Source: an uncultured bacterium (GTDB lineage Bacteria > Patescibacteriota > Minisyncoccia > Phycocordibacterales > Phycocordibacteraceae). Taken from it: a DNA stretch of 64,000 bases. The number at the start of each line of letters is the position of its first letter. Positions within the stretch are counted from its first letter, which is position 1. Positions 27,818-37,511 of this stretch are shown piece after piece. The DNA lies in contig CAMTYL010000003.1 of the NCBI GenBank assembly GCA_947085985.1, positions 362,108-426,107 of the forward strand. The letters are read 5' to 3'. The notes under the pieces are model-generated. The model did no database searches. It saw only the letters and a program-made list of their open reading frames with translations, and was not told where the DNA came from. The translations under genes and the position numbers were made by a program.

Positions 27818-30800
27818 ATGCTCTCGTTCTGGAAATTTTTTATAGACAAACACAATTTCACGATTCTTCTTGGCGTCGTGCTTGTACTTGGTGGTCTGTA
27901 CGCGCTTGTCGCAATTCCAAAGGAATCCGCACCTGAAGTGCAAATTCCCGTTGGTGTAGTCACCACAGCACTTCCCGGAGCTTCGGCGCAGGATATTGAG
28001 CAGCTTGTTACCGATAAGATTGAGGACCAAGTCATTGGTATTGCTGGTGTCACAAAAGTGACCTCAACCTCAGGCGACGGCGTCTCCTCGGTGGTGGTTG
28101 AATTTGAAGCAAACGCGGATATTGAAACCTCTATCCAGCTTCTTAAAGACGAAGTGGACAAGGCAAAACCTGAACTTCCTGAGGAAGCGAGTGAGCCAAA
28201 CGTCACGGACGTGAATTTTGCTGACCAACCGATTCTCATTGTTTCTATCTCGGGAAATCTAGCATCGAGTGAACTCACTGCGCTTGGCAAAACGGTCGGA
28301 GTCGAAATTGACCGCATTCCAGGCGTCTCTCGTGTTGTCCTCTCAGGTGCTCCCGACCGCGAGGTACAGGTTATTGTGCGTGCCGAAAAACTGCGTCAAT
28401 ACGGCCTCTCTCTTTCAGATGTTACGAATGCAATTGCCATGTCTGGCATTGCTGCGCCGGCGGGAACGATTACGGTAGACGGGGTCACCTACGCAGTCAG
28501 ACTTTCAACTGGCCTGTCCGCGCCAGAGGCAGTAGCTCGTATAACCATACCAGGGCCTGGCGGCACTCCCCTTGCCCTCGCAAACGTTGCGGACGTACGT
28601 GATGGACATGAAAACGCGTCTACGTACTCGCGTGTATCTGTCGCGGGTGAACCCTCTCTCCCTGCGCTCACCCTCTCCGTATACAAGAATCGCGGTGGCA
28701 ATATCGTGGAAACGGGCACCGCAGTGAAAGAGAAGCTGGCCGAGCTTGAGAAGAATGGAGTCCTCGCAGGCACCCATTCAGTCATTTCATACGACGCAGC
28801 TAAAGACGTTGCCGACGACTTAGGAAAGCTAACAAAGGCCGGAGTTGAAACAGTGGTACTCGTGATGCTCGTGCTCCTGCTTACCCTTGGGTGGCGCGAA
28901 TCTATCGTTGCGGCTCTCTCCGTCCCTCTTTCTTTCTTGATTGCGTTCATAGGACTCTATGCGGCGGGCAACACCATTAACTTTGTTTCTCTCTTCTCAC
29001 TCATCCTTGCAATCGGCATTCTTGTAGACACGGGTATTGTGGTGGTGGAGGCTATCCACACTCGCCTCGTAAAGTATGGCGATAAGCGGGCTGCAGCCAT
29101 AGCCTCGCTCAAGGAATATGCGTGGCCACTTATGGCAGGAACGTTTACCACCATTGCCGTGTTTGTTCCGCTCTTCTTCCTTTCAGGAGTTACGGGAAAA
29201 TTCATTGCTTCTATTCCGTTTACCGTTATCTTTGTACTCCTTGCGAGTATCTTTGTGGCTCTCGCGCTCGTTCCTCTTATTGCTATGTATGTGATTAGGG
29301 GTGAATTATCTCCACTGGAGAAGCGGCAAGAAGAGTGGAACGAGAAGGCAGCAAAGTGGTACGGAGGATTCCTACGCACCATGCTCGGAAACCGAAAGCG
29401 CGAGAACCGATTCCTTATTGGTATCGTGTTGCTGTTTGTCGTAGCGCTTATGCTTCCTGCGTTTGGCGCAGTCCAGTCAGTGTTCTTCCCTGCCGACGAC
29501 TCAGACATTATCACCGTGGAAATTGAGCGCCCACAAGGCACGGCACTGTCACAGACCGACCTCTCTGTCCGCGAAGTAGAGGAGCTTCTCTACGCCGACA
29601 AGCGCATTGAATCTTTTGTGACCGAAGTAGGTGCAGGTAGTTCATTCGCACAGTCTGGACTGTCTGGTTCAAAGGCTGCCAACATCACCATTAGCCTCGT
29701 TCCAGGTCACGAGGGCACCGATCGTGTTGTTTCTGACCTTAGAAAGAAACTTAGTAGTGTTTCTAGTGCGCGTATAACGGTTGACTACCCTAAGGGAGGG
29801 CCTCCCTCAGGCAACCCCATAGCTATCAGTTTTGTTGGTGACGACCTGGGTGCACTAAATAGCACCGTTGAGCGCGCCGCATCTGTGTTAAGCGATGTTC
29901 CTGGCGCAACAAATGTCACCACGAGCACCAAGGATTCTAACGCTGAATTCGTCGTACAACTTGATACTGCAAAGGCCTCTGAGCGCGGCGTTTCCCCGGC
30001 GATAGTTGCTGACACGCTGCGCACGGCGCTCTATGGAGCAAAGGCGACCTCTATTCGCCAAGGGAGCGACGATGTTGATGTATGGGTACGACTTGCCCTT
30101 AACCCAAACTATCGTGATCCCTCTGAAGTCACGCACACCACTATTGAGTCTGTGCGGGACTTAATGGTGCAAGGAAGCAAAGGCCCCGTATCACTTGGCA
30201 GTATCGCTAGTGTGTCCTTTGAGCCAGCCAACGCATCCATAAAGCACGAGGACGGCCTACGCATCGTTACGCTCTCTGCAGGAGTAAGTGGTAAAGAGAC
30301 TGCCTCAGGCGTCACGAATGCGTTTGTGAAAGAAATGAAGCAGCAGACACTGCCGGAAGGTATCACCATGAAAATCGGTGGCGAGGCAGAAGACGTGAAC
30401 CAGTCATTTGCTGAGATGGGTATTGCTCTATTAGTTGGAGCAGCCCTCATGCTGGCAATTTTGATTCTTGAATTCAATTCATTCCGTCAATCGCTCTACC
30501 TGCTTGCCGTCATTCCGCTTTCATTGATTGGTGTATTGGTAGGGTTGATGCTCACGGGCCTACCACTCTCGTTCCCGTCCATGCTCGGAATTATCGCACT
30601 TTCGGGTGTGCTTATTAATCACGCCATCATTTTGATGGACTCTATTGCTCGCATAGGACGTCAGCGCACTAACCAGTCGCTAACCGATGTAGTGGTTGAG
30701 GCATCCGTCTCTCGCCTCCGCCCAATTATTTTGACGACAGTCACTACCGTGGTGGGCATGATTCCCCTCTCGCTCGTGTCAGCACTGTGGGGACCACTTG

Positions 30801-30928
30801 CTATTTCTATTATGTTTGGACTCGCGTTCTCCACCGTACTTACGCTTGTCCTGATTCCGGTTCTGTACCATCGCTGGCCAGGTAAGGCGGTTGCAAAGCA
30901 ATACAAAAACGAAGAGGTGGTCGTTTAG
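27818..30928 (+). CDS. RND efflux permease (AcrB/AcrD/AcrF family)
   Basis: 1036 aa; AIGILVD.GIVVVE and RLRPIILTT motifs. Confidence 0.96.
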   Translation: MLSFWKFFIDKHNFTILLGVVLVLGGLYALVAIPKESAPEVQIPVGVVTTALPGASAQDIEQLVTDKIEDQVIGIAGVTKVTSTSGDGVSSVVVEFEANADIETSIQLLKDEVDKAKPELPEEASEPNVTDVNFADQPILIVSISGNLASSELTALGKTVGVEIDRIPGVSRVVLSGAPDREVQVIVRAEKLRQYGLSLSDVTNAIAMSGIAAPAGTITVDGVTYAVRLSTGLSAPEAVARITIPGPGGTPLALANVADVRDGHENASTYSRVSVAGEPSLPALTLSVYKNRGGNIVETGTAVKEKLAELEKNGVLAGTHSVISYDAAKDVADDLGKLTKAGVETVVLVMLVLLLTLGWRESIVAALSVPLSFLIAFIGLYAAGNTINFVSLFSLILAIGILVDTGIVVVEAIHTRLVKYGDKRAAAIASLKEYAWPLMAGTFTTIAVFVPLFFLSGVTGKFIASIPFTVIFVLLASIFVALALVPLIAMYVIRGELSPLEKRQEEWNEKAAKWYGGFLRTMLGNRKRENRFLIGIVLLFVVALMLPAFGAVQSVFFPADDSDIITVEIERPQGTALSQTDLSVREVEELLYADKRIESFVTEVGAGSSFAQSGLSGSKAANITISLVPGHEGTDRVVSDLRKKLSSVSSARITVDYPKGGPPSGNPIAISFVGDDLGALNSTVERAASVLSDVPGATNVTTSTKDSNAEFVVQLDTAKASERGVSPAIVADTLRTALYGAKATSIRQGSDDVDVWVRLALNPNYRDPSEVTHTTIESVRDLMVQGSKGPVSLGSIASVSFEPANASIKHEDGLRIVTLSAGVSGKETASGVTNAFVKEMKQQTLPEGITMKIGGEAEDVNQSFAEMGIALLVGAALMLAILILEFNSFRQSLYLLAVIPLSLIGVLVGLMLTGLPLSFPSMLGIIALSGVLINHAIILMDSIARIGRQRTNQSLTDVVVEASVSRLRPIILTTVTTVVGMIPLSLVSALWGPLAISIMFGLAFSTVLTLVLIPVLYHRWPGKAVAKQYKNEEVVV

Positions 30929-32316
30929 GAAAAGCGCTGTACGTACGCCGCTACGTCAAACTTCTTTTCGCAACCTGAGCGCGCCATATAACGAACTGTT
31001 CCAAAGATAGGCCTCGTAAACCACGGCCGATCGTGGGTGCCTCCGATGGACCACGATATGCCAGCGTATCCATTAGGGTCTCTCCCATCAAGCTCGTAGG
31101 TGTCGTTTAAGTATATAGCTACCTTCATCGCACTCTCCGCGTCTTTACTCCATTCTAAAATTTTCTTTGCCCAGTACATGCGCATGTACCCGTGCATCTT
31201 TCCGGTCGTTGTCATTTCGCGCTGTGCAGCATTCCACAAGTCATCATGGGTCTCCGCGTTTTCCAACTGTTTGCGTGTATAGAGATACTCGCGCTCATCC
31301 CCTTCATGTGCAGCAAGCGTACTCCTTGCCCAATTCGGAAATCCTTCTACCGAAGCGTAGTCCTTGGTATAGAAACAAAAGTTATCCGCAAGTTCACGTC
31401 GCACAATTACATCTTCCAGAAAACTCGCAAGCGACGTGGCCTTCTCCCCAGAACCGTTTCGTTTTGGGTCCATCACACGAGCAACTACCTTCTGCGGCTC
31501 TCCCACGGTGCGGAGTGCGACGAGTGCAGCACGCTGAGGAGCTATGTGTCCATAATGAAAGTACGGTGACAGCCCCGACTGCCCCTCTTGATTTGGATCG
31601 TTTCTGGCCTCTCCATAGTCTGCAAGCCTGTGCTCTACAAAGGAGTGTAAGCGACGCATACCAGCCGTATACCCAGGAGTAATCCACGTTGCTTCGGGAA
31701 CGTCTGCCAACCCTTCTTGAGCAAGAACCGCGTCCCACGCAATCTTTGGAACATGTTTCGTGTACGGGTGCGGGTACCTCGTCAGGCGGGGAAATTCGTC
31801 CATGAACTCTGCAATACGTGCATGTATCTTTGGGCGAATAGTGCGTGCTGCATACTCGGCTTTAGTGGAAACTACTCTGACCGGCACAATGTTATGAGCA
31901 TCTACTTCGTACACGGGACAAGGAGCGCTACGGACAACATCTGCCACCCACGCTCGCTGTTTTGTGAGGGGTGAAAAGTCCGTTACCACAACAGACGCCT
32001 TATGCGTTACGAGAAATTCGCTGACGCCTTCTTCCCCTACAAGAAAGAACGGCGTCTCAACTTCCTCACACTGGCGAGCAACCTCCATAAGTCCACGCAC
32101 CTTGAACACGTGCTGGCGATAGCCACCACCGAGGAAACCTGGTGCTAGGTTGTAAGCAACAAGCACTGGCTGGCCCTGCTTCTTACCAAGCTCGCGCGCG
32201 TACTGGTACGCCCAATTGTCGTGAATTCGACAATCGCGATTCATCCAGTACACCACGGGGCCTTCGCCGACTTCCTCAGGACCACCAAGTAGAGTTATGC
32301 GTCCTTCGTGTACCAT
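30925..32316 (-). CDS. phrB: Class II CPD photolyase
   Basis: VVYWM.RD.R..DNWA, SGLSPY.HYG, RRELADNF, GKMHGYMRMYWAKKILEW and DGRDPNG motifs. Confidence 0.95.
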   Translation of the reverse strand: MVHEGRITLLGGPEEVGEGPVVYWMNRDCRIHDNWAYQYARELGKKQGQPVLVAYNLAPGFLGGGYRQHVFKVRGLMEVARQCEEVETPFFLVGEEGVSEFLVTHKASVVVTDFSPLTKQRAWVADVVRSAPCPVYEVDAHNIVPVRVVSTKAEYAARTIRPKIHARIAEFMDEFPRLTRYPHPYTKHVPKIAWDAVLAQEGLADVPEATWITPGYTAGMRRLHSFVEHRLADYGEARNDPNQEGQSGLSPYFHYGHIAPQRAALVALRTVGEPQKVVARVMDPKRNGSGEKATSLASFLEDVIVRRELADNFCFYTKDYASVEGFPNWARSTLAAHEGDEREYLYTRKQLENAETHDDLWNAAQREMTTTGKMHGYMRMYWAKKILEWSKDAESAMKVAIYLNDTYELDGRDPNGYAGISWSIGGTHDRPWFTRPIFGTVRYMARSGCEKKFDVAAYVQRFS

Positions 32317-32342
32317 GATTTCGTAAAGCGCAGCTAACGTAC

Positions 32343-32738
32343 CTATTCGGTGGTGTCACCCAAGAATTCCTCGTGGTCTGCTTCGGCGTCTGCTTTGGTC
32401 GCGTGAACCACTCCGTCCTCGTGGTGCGGTGGTGCGTAGAGTGAGTACAATTTCAGCGGCTCGGTGTCGGAGGTGTTTAAAACGTTGTGGAGCGTGCCGG
32501 CGGGCACGACCACCGCGTATCCGTCTGAAAGCGTATGCTCCGCGCCGTCCAGTACCGCCTTGCCTTCTCCCTCCTCAACGCGAATAAACTGGTCTTGTCC
32601 GTGCGTCTCCTCTCCAATGGATTCTCCAGCGGGAATGGACATCACCACTAATTGCATGTACGCGGAGGTGTAGAGCACCTTGCGAAATGCCTCGTTTTCT
32701 AGTGCCTCTTGTTCAATATTTCCTGTGTATCCGTTCAT
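32343..32738 (-). CDS. Cupin domain protein
   Basis: IGEETH..DQFIRVEEG...VPAGTLHNV..LYSLYAPPHH motif. Confidence 0.9.
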   Translation of the reverse strand: MNGYTGNIEQEALENEAFRKVLYTSAYMQLVVMSIPAGESIGEETHGQDQFIRVEEGEGKAVLDGAEHTLSDGYAVVVPAGTLHNVLNTSDTEPLKLYSLYAPPHHEDGVVHATKADAEADHEEFLGDTTE

Positions 32739-32747
32739 ACGTACGTG

Positions 32748-33170
32748 TTACTTAAATAATACAAGAAGCGTGCCCGCCACCAACAATACTACTCCAAGGA
32801 CACTTTTAAGCGTCAGCGCTTCTCCCAGAAAGAGCGCAGCAAAGAGAATAACGAGCACGACGCTCATCTTGTCTAGCACGGCCACCCCTCCTGCAGGGCC
32901 GGCCTTAAGTGCAATAAAATACAGTATCCACGATGCAGCTCCGGCAAGTGCTGAAAGAAAGATGAATACCCATGCCCGACTACTTACCGAAAATGGATCA
33001 AATCCCTCAAACTTGCGGAACGCAAATCCGGCAACAATAAGTATCATCGCCATCACAACACCACGAATAATGGTCGCTAGGGTTGGGTCAATTTCCTTAA
33101 GACCAATCTTCCCAAAGATAGCGACGCACGCAGCAGCAACTGCTGAGCCGGCGGCATAGAGCATCCACAT
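32748..33170 (-). CDS. EamA/DMT family transporter
   Basis: IFGKIGL..IDPTLAT.IR and YFIALK.G....V..LDK.S motifs; 5 TM. Confidence 0.88.
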   Translation of the reverse strand: MWMLYAAGSAVAAACVAIFGKIGLKEIDPTLATIIRGVVMAMILIVAGFAFRKFEGFDPFSVSSRAWVFIFLSALAGAASWILYFIALKAGPAGGVAVLDKMSVVLVILFAALFLGEALTLKSVLGVVLLVAGTLLVLFK

Positions 33171-33179
33171 ACCTCTAGT

Positions 33180-33599
33180 CTACCACCACCCAGAAAGCGT
33201 GAGGCCAAGGAGAATAGTTGCTACCCAGGCACACACGGACACACCCCCGCTCACAAAAAGTGGTCTGCGAGCTTTGGCCGAAAGTTCTGCGAAAGGTGTC
33301 GTCACGGCAATACGCGACAGGTGCCCAATAAAGAATGCGTTAATGATGAGCACCGACACAAAGCTCATTTTTGCCCAGTACACAGGTTGCGAGAAGTAGA
33401 ACTCAGGGTCTTCGAGCACCATGCGCGCTCCTGTAAGGATGATGCTCGCGAGTCCTATGGCGACAAGCGTATGAAGCACCATCACACGCTTTTGTGAGAG
33501 TGTTGAAATTTTTCCACGTACATACTGCAATCCTTGTTCGTCTGCATACAACACAACAAGCAGGGTGATGATGATGCTACCCACATGAAAAAGAGTCAT
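33180..33599 (-). CDS. Hypothetical membrane protein
   Basis: Four hydrophobic segments; co-oriented with neighbours. Confidence 0.7.
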   Translation of the reverse strand: MTLFHVGSIIITLLVVLYADEQGLQYVRGKISTLSQKRVMVLHTLVAIGLASIILTGARMVLEDPEFYFSQPVYWAKMSFVSVLIINAFFIGHLSRIAVTTPFAELSAKARRPLFVSGGVSVCAWVATILLGLTLSGWW

Positions 33600-33670
33600 A
33601 TGGGTCTAGTATATACGCACAAACGGCCCTTTCGGGCCGTTTGTTACCTGCTCTATAGGAGGCGAGAATC

Positions 33671-34057
33671 TTAAAAGAATCCGAAGCCGTAGCCAGCAAG
33701 GTAAATACCTGCAAGCACCGCCACAATACCACTCGCCATGAACCACTGACGGTTTCCGAAGGAACGAACCATCTTCTGTACCTGTTTTACAGGAAGTGAG
33801 AGGTACACGATACCTTCAATAATCATCATGTAACCAATAAGCGAAATGAGACCTGCTGGTGTCATAGACACTTCCTGGAACACAAGCACAATCGCAAGAC
33901 CAGCAGCAAGCTCAAGTGCTCCAAGGAGCAGCGTGAGCGCACGGTTCTTTGCGATGTCCATGATTGCAGGCATGATGGACTTCTTCTTGGTGAGCACAAG
34001 CGCTCCCATAATAATGAGATACAAACCGAACAGTTTTGCAATGAATAATTCGAGCAT
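33671..34057 (-). CDS. Hypothetical membrane protein
   Basis: Four hydrophobic segments; terminator-like hairpin AAACGGCCC-TTTC-GGGCCGTTT at ~33621-33642. Confidence 0.7.
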   Translation of the reverse strand: MLELFIAKLFGLYLIIMGALVLTKKKSIMPAIMDIAKNRALTLLLGALELAAGLAIVLVFQEVSMTPAGLISLIGYMMIIEGIVYLSLPVKQVQKMVRSFGNRQWFMASGIVAVLAGIYLAGYGFGFF

Positions 34058-34125
34058 ACGGATTAATTAAGTAGGTATACCAATACGATACCACTCACAA
34101 TTGCTTTGCAACGAGTTATACACTT

Positions 34126-35511
34126 CTAGTCTTTTTGGAGTGCCGGGTCAAAAATAGACGGAGGAAGCGTGTCTCCATTTAACAGTCGTGCAGTGCGCGA
34201 GGCACCCATGATAGACGGGAGCAGTCCCACGCCATTGCAACCAAGATTGTAGTGGAGCACAGGATTAAGTGGCTCTTGCCCTACCAAGCGCACGCGACTG
34301 CGTGTGTATCCCATAAGTCCGTGCCAGCAAAATTTGTAGGGAGTTTGTGTGCCTGGGTATCGCTTGTAATCGTTTGCAAGAAACTCAGTGATGTCGTCTC
34401 GGTATTTCTCGTCACACCCATCGCTTCGCACGTATGTCTTCAATTCTGGCAACTCCTTGTCTGGTCCCCCGACACAAATAAGGTTACGGGCTTCGTCTCC
34501 TGTTTGGTGAAAGGGTCTTCTAGTTAGATAGAAGTAGTCGTCTCCCATGGAATCATTGCTTCGTACATCGCTTGATTTTCCATAGTAGCTAATAGCTACG
34601 GGACTTGCAGTTCCTTCTTCTAGATAGCCAGCCATATAGCCAATGAGTCCCTGCACCTCGTGATGGAACTCGGTGTTTATATCAGGCCCGTCGTCGTTCG
34701 TAATGGTGAAATTTTCAAAACCGTTTGTTGCAAGCACCACGTGTGCCGCCGCCACGTCGTGACCGTTTGCAGTAAGGGACGCCCTACCCTCATGAAGCCT
34801 AACGTGCGACACGAGTGTCTCCTCGTGTAGACGAAAACGCTCTGGGTACGCGACAAGCAAATACCCCAGCACCTCTTCAGCCAAAAGCGCACTATTGCCG
34901 CAACCCTTATCTTCCGCAATCATTGCTATGTACTTGCGACTAGTAGTTTCAAGTACTCCGAGAATTTCTTCATGCTCTGCTTCTTCATAGAGCCCTGCGT
35001 ACTCTAGAGGAATAGCTGCCGTCCCCTCCCACCCGCGTGCAAGTACGATACGCTTCGCTGCCAGTCCGCCTAGAACACGCAGACGGTTATCTTCTAAATG
35101 CTCTATAAGTTGCTCCGTGATGCACAGACCTGCGTATCCAGTAAACCGGTGAATAGGGGTGGTCAGCTTTGCCTCGTCTATTACTTCATCAAGAAGTGTC
35201 CACGCATTCTCAACGGCACGGACGCCTTCACTAGCAAGTTCCAGACCAAAATCGTCTACCAGACTTTTGAACGAACGCTCAAAGTAGCTCACCAACTGTC
35301 CTGCGTTGTGTCCGGTTGCTCCATGCGCCACCTTTGTGCCTTCAATCAAGAGTACGGCCCGGTTGGTCTCGCGAAGTGTTGCATACGCCGTCATAATGCC
35401 CGCAATACCTCCACCAACTATCACTACGTCGGCAAGCAGGTCCTCGTCGAGCGGAACAACGGGGCGCGTGCGATTAAGTTGAGCAATCCAGGGTGAAGTA
35501 TTCGGTAGCAT
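34126..35511 (-). CDS. FAD-dependent oxidoreductase (DAO family)
   Basis: VVIVGGGIAG, GATGHNAG and GCNGVG motifs. Confidence 0.9.
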   Translation of the reverse strand: MLPNTSPWIAQLNRTRPVVPLDEDLLADVVIVGGGIAGIMTAYATLRETNRAVLLIEGTKVAHGATGHNAGQLVSYFERSFKSLVDDFGLELASEGVRAVENAWTLLDEVIDEAKLTTPIHRFTGYAGLCITEQLIEHLEDNRLRVLGGLAAKRIVLARGWEGTAAIPLEYAGLYEEAEHEEILGVLETTSRKYIAMIAEDKGCGNSALLAEEVLGYLLVAYPERFRLHEETLVSHVRLHEGRASLTANGHDVAAAHVVLATNGFENFTITNDDGPDINTEFHHEVQGLIGYMAGYLEEGTASPVAISYYGKSSDVRSNDSMGDDYFYLTRRPFHQTGDEARNLICVGGPDKELPELKTYVRSDGCDEKYRDDITEFLANDYKRYPGTQTPYKFCWHGLMGYTRSRVRLVGQEPLNPVLHYNLGCNGVGLLPSIMGASRTARLLNGDTLPPSIFDPALQKD

Positions 35512-35563
35512 AGTCTCCCTATTCTACCAGGCGGGTATCTCGCAGCCACCCCGTGGAAAAGAT

Positions 35564-35611
35564 ACACAAAATCTAAACACTACCATATATGGTAGTGTTT
35601 AGATTTTGTGT
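35564..35611. repeat. Perfect 48-bp palindrome, core ACTACCATATATGGTAGT (copy 3)
   Basis: ACACAAAATCTAAACACTACCATA|TATGGTAGTGTTTAGATTTTGTGT. Confidence 0.9.
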
Positions 35612-35631
35612 CTTTCTTGTGCTTCAGCGCT

Positions 35632-35991
35632 CTATTCTCCGTACCAGCTCTTCTGCCAAGACCTCATCTGAGCAATTTCTGCCGTTTGAGCTGAAATAAT
35701 CTCTTCTGCCATTTGCTTAAGTTCTACGTGTGCACCGCCCTGTAGTACTGCCTGTGCCATCTCCACAGCACCTTCGTGGTGAACTATCATCTCACTAAGA
35801 AACGCACGATCTAACGCGTCCCCTGTTTTTCCTTCAAGCGAAGACATCATGCCGTCCATAGCATGATGCATACCACTTTGTTCATTGCCGACCACCTTCT
35901 CTTGGTTGCTAGCGCCAATTGAATATCCCACCACCCCTGCCAGAATAACCGCGACTGCAAGAATACCCACCTGTGTTTTCTTTGTTTCCAT
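35632..35991 (-). CDS. DUF305 family protein
   Basis: DRAFL.EMI.HHEGAVEMA...II.AQ..EI.QM..W motif after an N-terminal TM. Confidence 0.88.
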   Translation of the reverse strand: METKKTQVGILAVAVILAGVVGYSIGASNQEKVVGNEQSGMHHAMDGMMSSLEGKTGDALDRAFLSEMIVHHEGAVEMAQAVLQGGAHVELKQMAEEIISAQTAEIAQMRSWQKSWYGE

Positions 35992-36009
35992 AGAAACTCA
36001 GTATACCAT

Positions 36010-36801
36010 CTATCCCTTCCGCGGTGGCAGTGGAAGAAAGACGCTTGTTTTTGCCTTATAGGCTTCCCACTCAGGGTTCCCTGCAAATTTGGCTTCAAGC
36101 ATGGGCACACCGGAAACTTTAAGGAGTAAGAACGTGATGAGAACTGGTCCCAAAAGCGGTACCAGAGCGTATGGGAGCGCGAGCGTAAACAACAGCGTGT
36201 CTATGGCAACAATCGCCAAGCCCCACCACATGACCGATTCTCCAAAGTAGTTTGGGTGGCGCGTAAACTTCCAGAGTCCACGGTTCATAACATGCCCCTT
36301 GTTTGCAGGGTCCTTCATGAATCTAGCTAGCTGAGCATCCCCCACTGCTTCAAAAAAGAATCCTATTGACCAAAGCGATAGACCCACAAGCCCAAGAACA
36401 CCAATGCCGAGGTCAGCTCCATGAATATTAAGCAGGGTCACGGGTAGTGCAACGATAAAGATAACGAGCCCCTGCAACAGGTACACCTGCAAAAAACTGC
36501 GCACGACAAACGTTTTACCCCAAGCCGATCTCCACGCCGCATAGCGAAAGTCTTCTGGCTTGCCGCGCCCACGCATATAAATCCGCAGTGACAGACGGAG
36601 CGCCCACACGGTAGCAAGCACGCTTACCAGGAAGCCCACAATATTTTCTGTCCCAAAGTAATAGCTCACCCATGCCAACAGTGCAAAGCCCCATCCGTAG
36701 GCAATGTCCGCAGTGCCGTTATCCTTTCGGATAAGCGATACACCGAATGCTCCACACATGTACACGAACAACACGCCAAGCAATATAAGTAGTGGTTCCA
36801 T
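36010..36801 (-). CDS. DUF1295 / steroid 5-alpha-reductase-like membrane protein
   Basis: EDFRY, GLWKFTRHPNYFGE and SGVPMLE motifs. Confidence 0.9.
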   Translation of the reverse strand: MEPLLILLGVLFVYMCGAFGVSLIRKDNGTADIAYGWGFALLAWVSYYFGTENIVGFLVSVLATVWALRLSLRIYMRGRGKPEDFRYAAWRSAWGKTFVVRSFLQVYLLQGLVIFIVALPVTLLNIHGADLGIGVLGLVGLSLWSIGFFFEAVGDAQLARFMKDPANKGHVMNRGLWKFTRHPNYFGESVMWWGLAIVAIDTLLFTLALPYALVPLLGPVLITFLLLKVSGVPMLEAKFAGNPEWEAYKAKTSVFLPLPPRKG

Positions 36802-36807
36802 ATACCT

Positions 36808-37506
36808 TTAGTCTACTACGGGAACCTCTACGATAAGTAGTACGCTATCTTCTTGTGCAAAGAGACTGATACTGCCTGTATCTGACACGCAAAGCGCGTC
36901 TCGTTTGCTAAGAGCGGTCTCACCTACACGAGCTGAACCAGAAACAACAAAGATATACATTCCGTTTCCTGCTTTTCGCACAGCATGCATTTTCTCATCT
37001 CCTGCGTGAAGTACGACACGCTCGATAAAGGCTTCCTGCATGATAGACAGACTTCCATCCCGCCCATCAGGCGAGACCAGAAGAGAGGCACTTGCATCAA
37101 ACACTCTCTGCTCGTACCGAGGAGCAAGATCTACTTCTCGGGGAGTAATCCATAACTGGAACAACTCAAGCGGTTCTGTCTGCGATTCATTCTTCTCCGC
37201 ATGGACTACACCAGTCCCCGCAGTCATTACCTGCAACTCCCCGGCATGGACTACACCCTTGTTTCCCATACTATCCTCGTGCGTCACCGCTCCCTTAGTG
37301 ACGATAGTGATAATTTCCATGTTTACATGCGGATGCATACCAAAACCAGAGGCGCGCGCGATGGTGTCGTCGTTAAGTACGCGCAGCGCCCCAAACCCCA
37401 TACGGGACGGTTCGTACCAGTTGGCAAAGCTAAAACTAAATCTGCTAGAAAGCCATCCGTGCTCTGCTACTCCGCGGGAGGTGGCACTGTGAAATATCGT
37501 CTGCAT
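36808..37506 (-). CDS. Pirin family protein
   Basis: FG.LRVLNDD, GFGMHPH..MEIIT, H.DSMGN and MTAGTGV.H.E motifs. Confidence 0.93.
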   Translation of the reverse strand: MQTIFHSATSRGVAEHGWLSSRFSFSFANWYEPSRMGFGALRVLNDDTIARASGFGMHPHVNMEIITIVTKGAVTHEDSMGNKGVVHAGELQVMTAGTGVVHAEKNESQTEPLELFQLWITPREVDLAPRYEQRVFDASASLLVSPDGRDGSLSIMQEAFIERVVLHAGDEKMHAVRKAGNGMYIFVVSGSARVGETALSKRDALCVSDTGSISLFAQEDSVLLIVEVPVVD

Positions 37507-37511
37507 TTGTA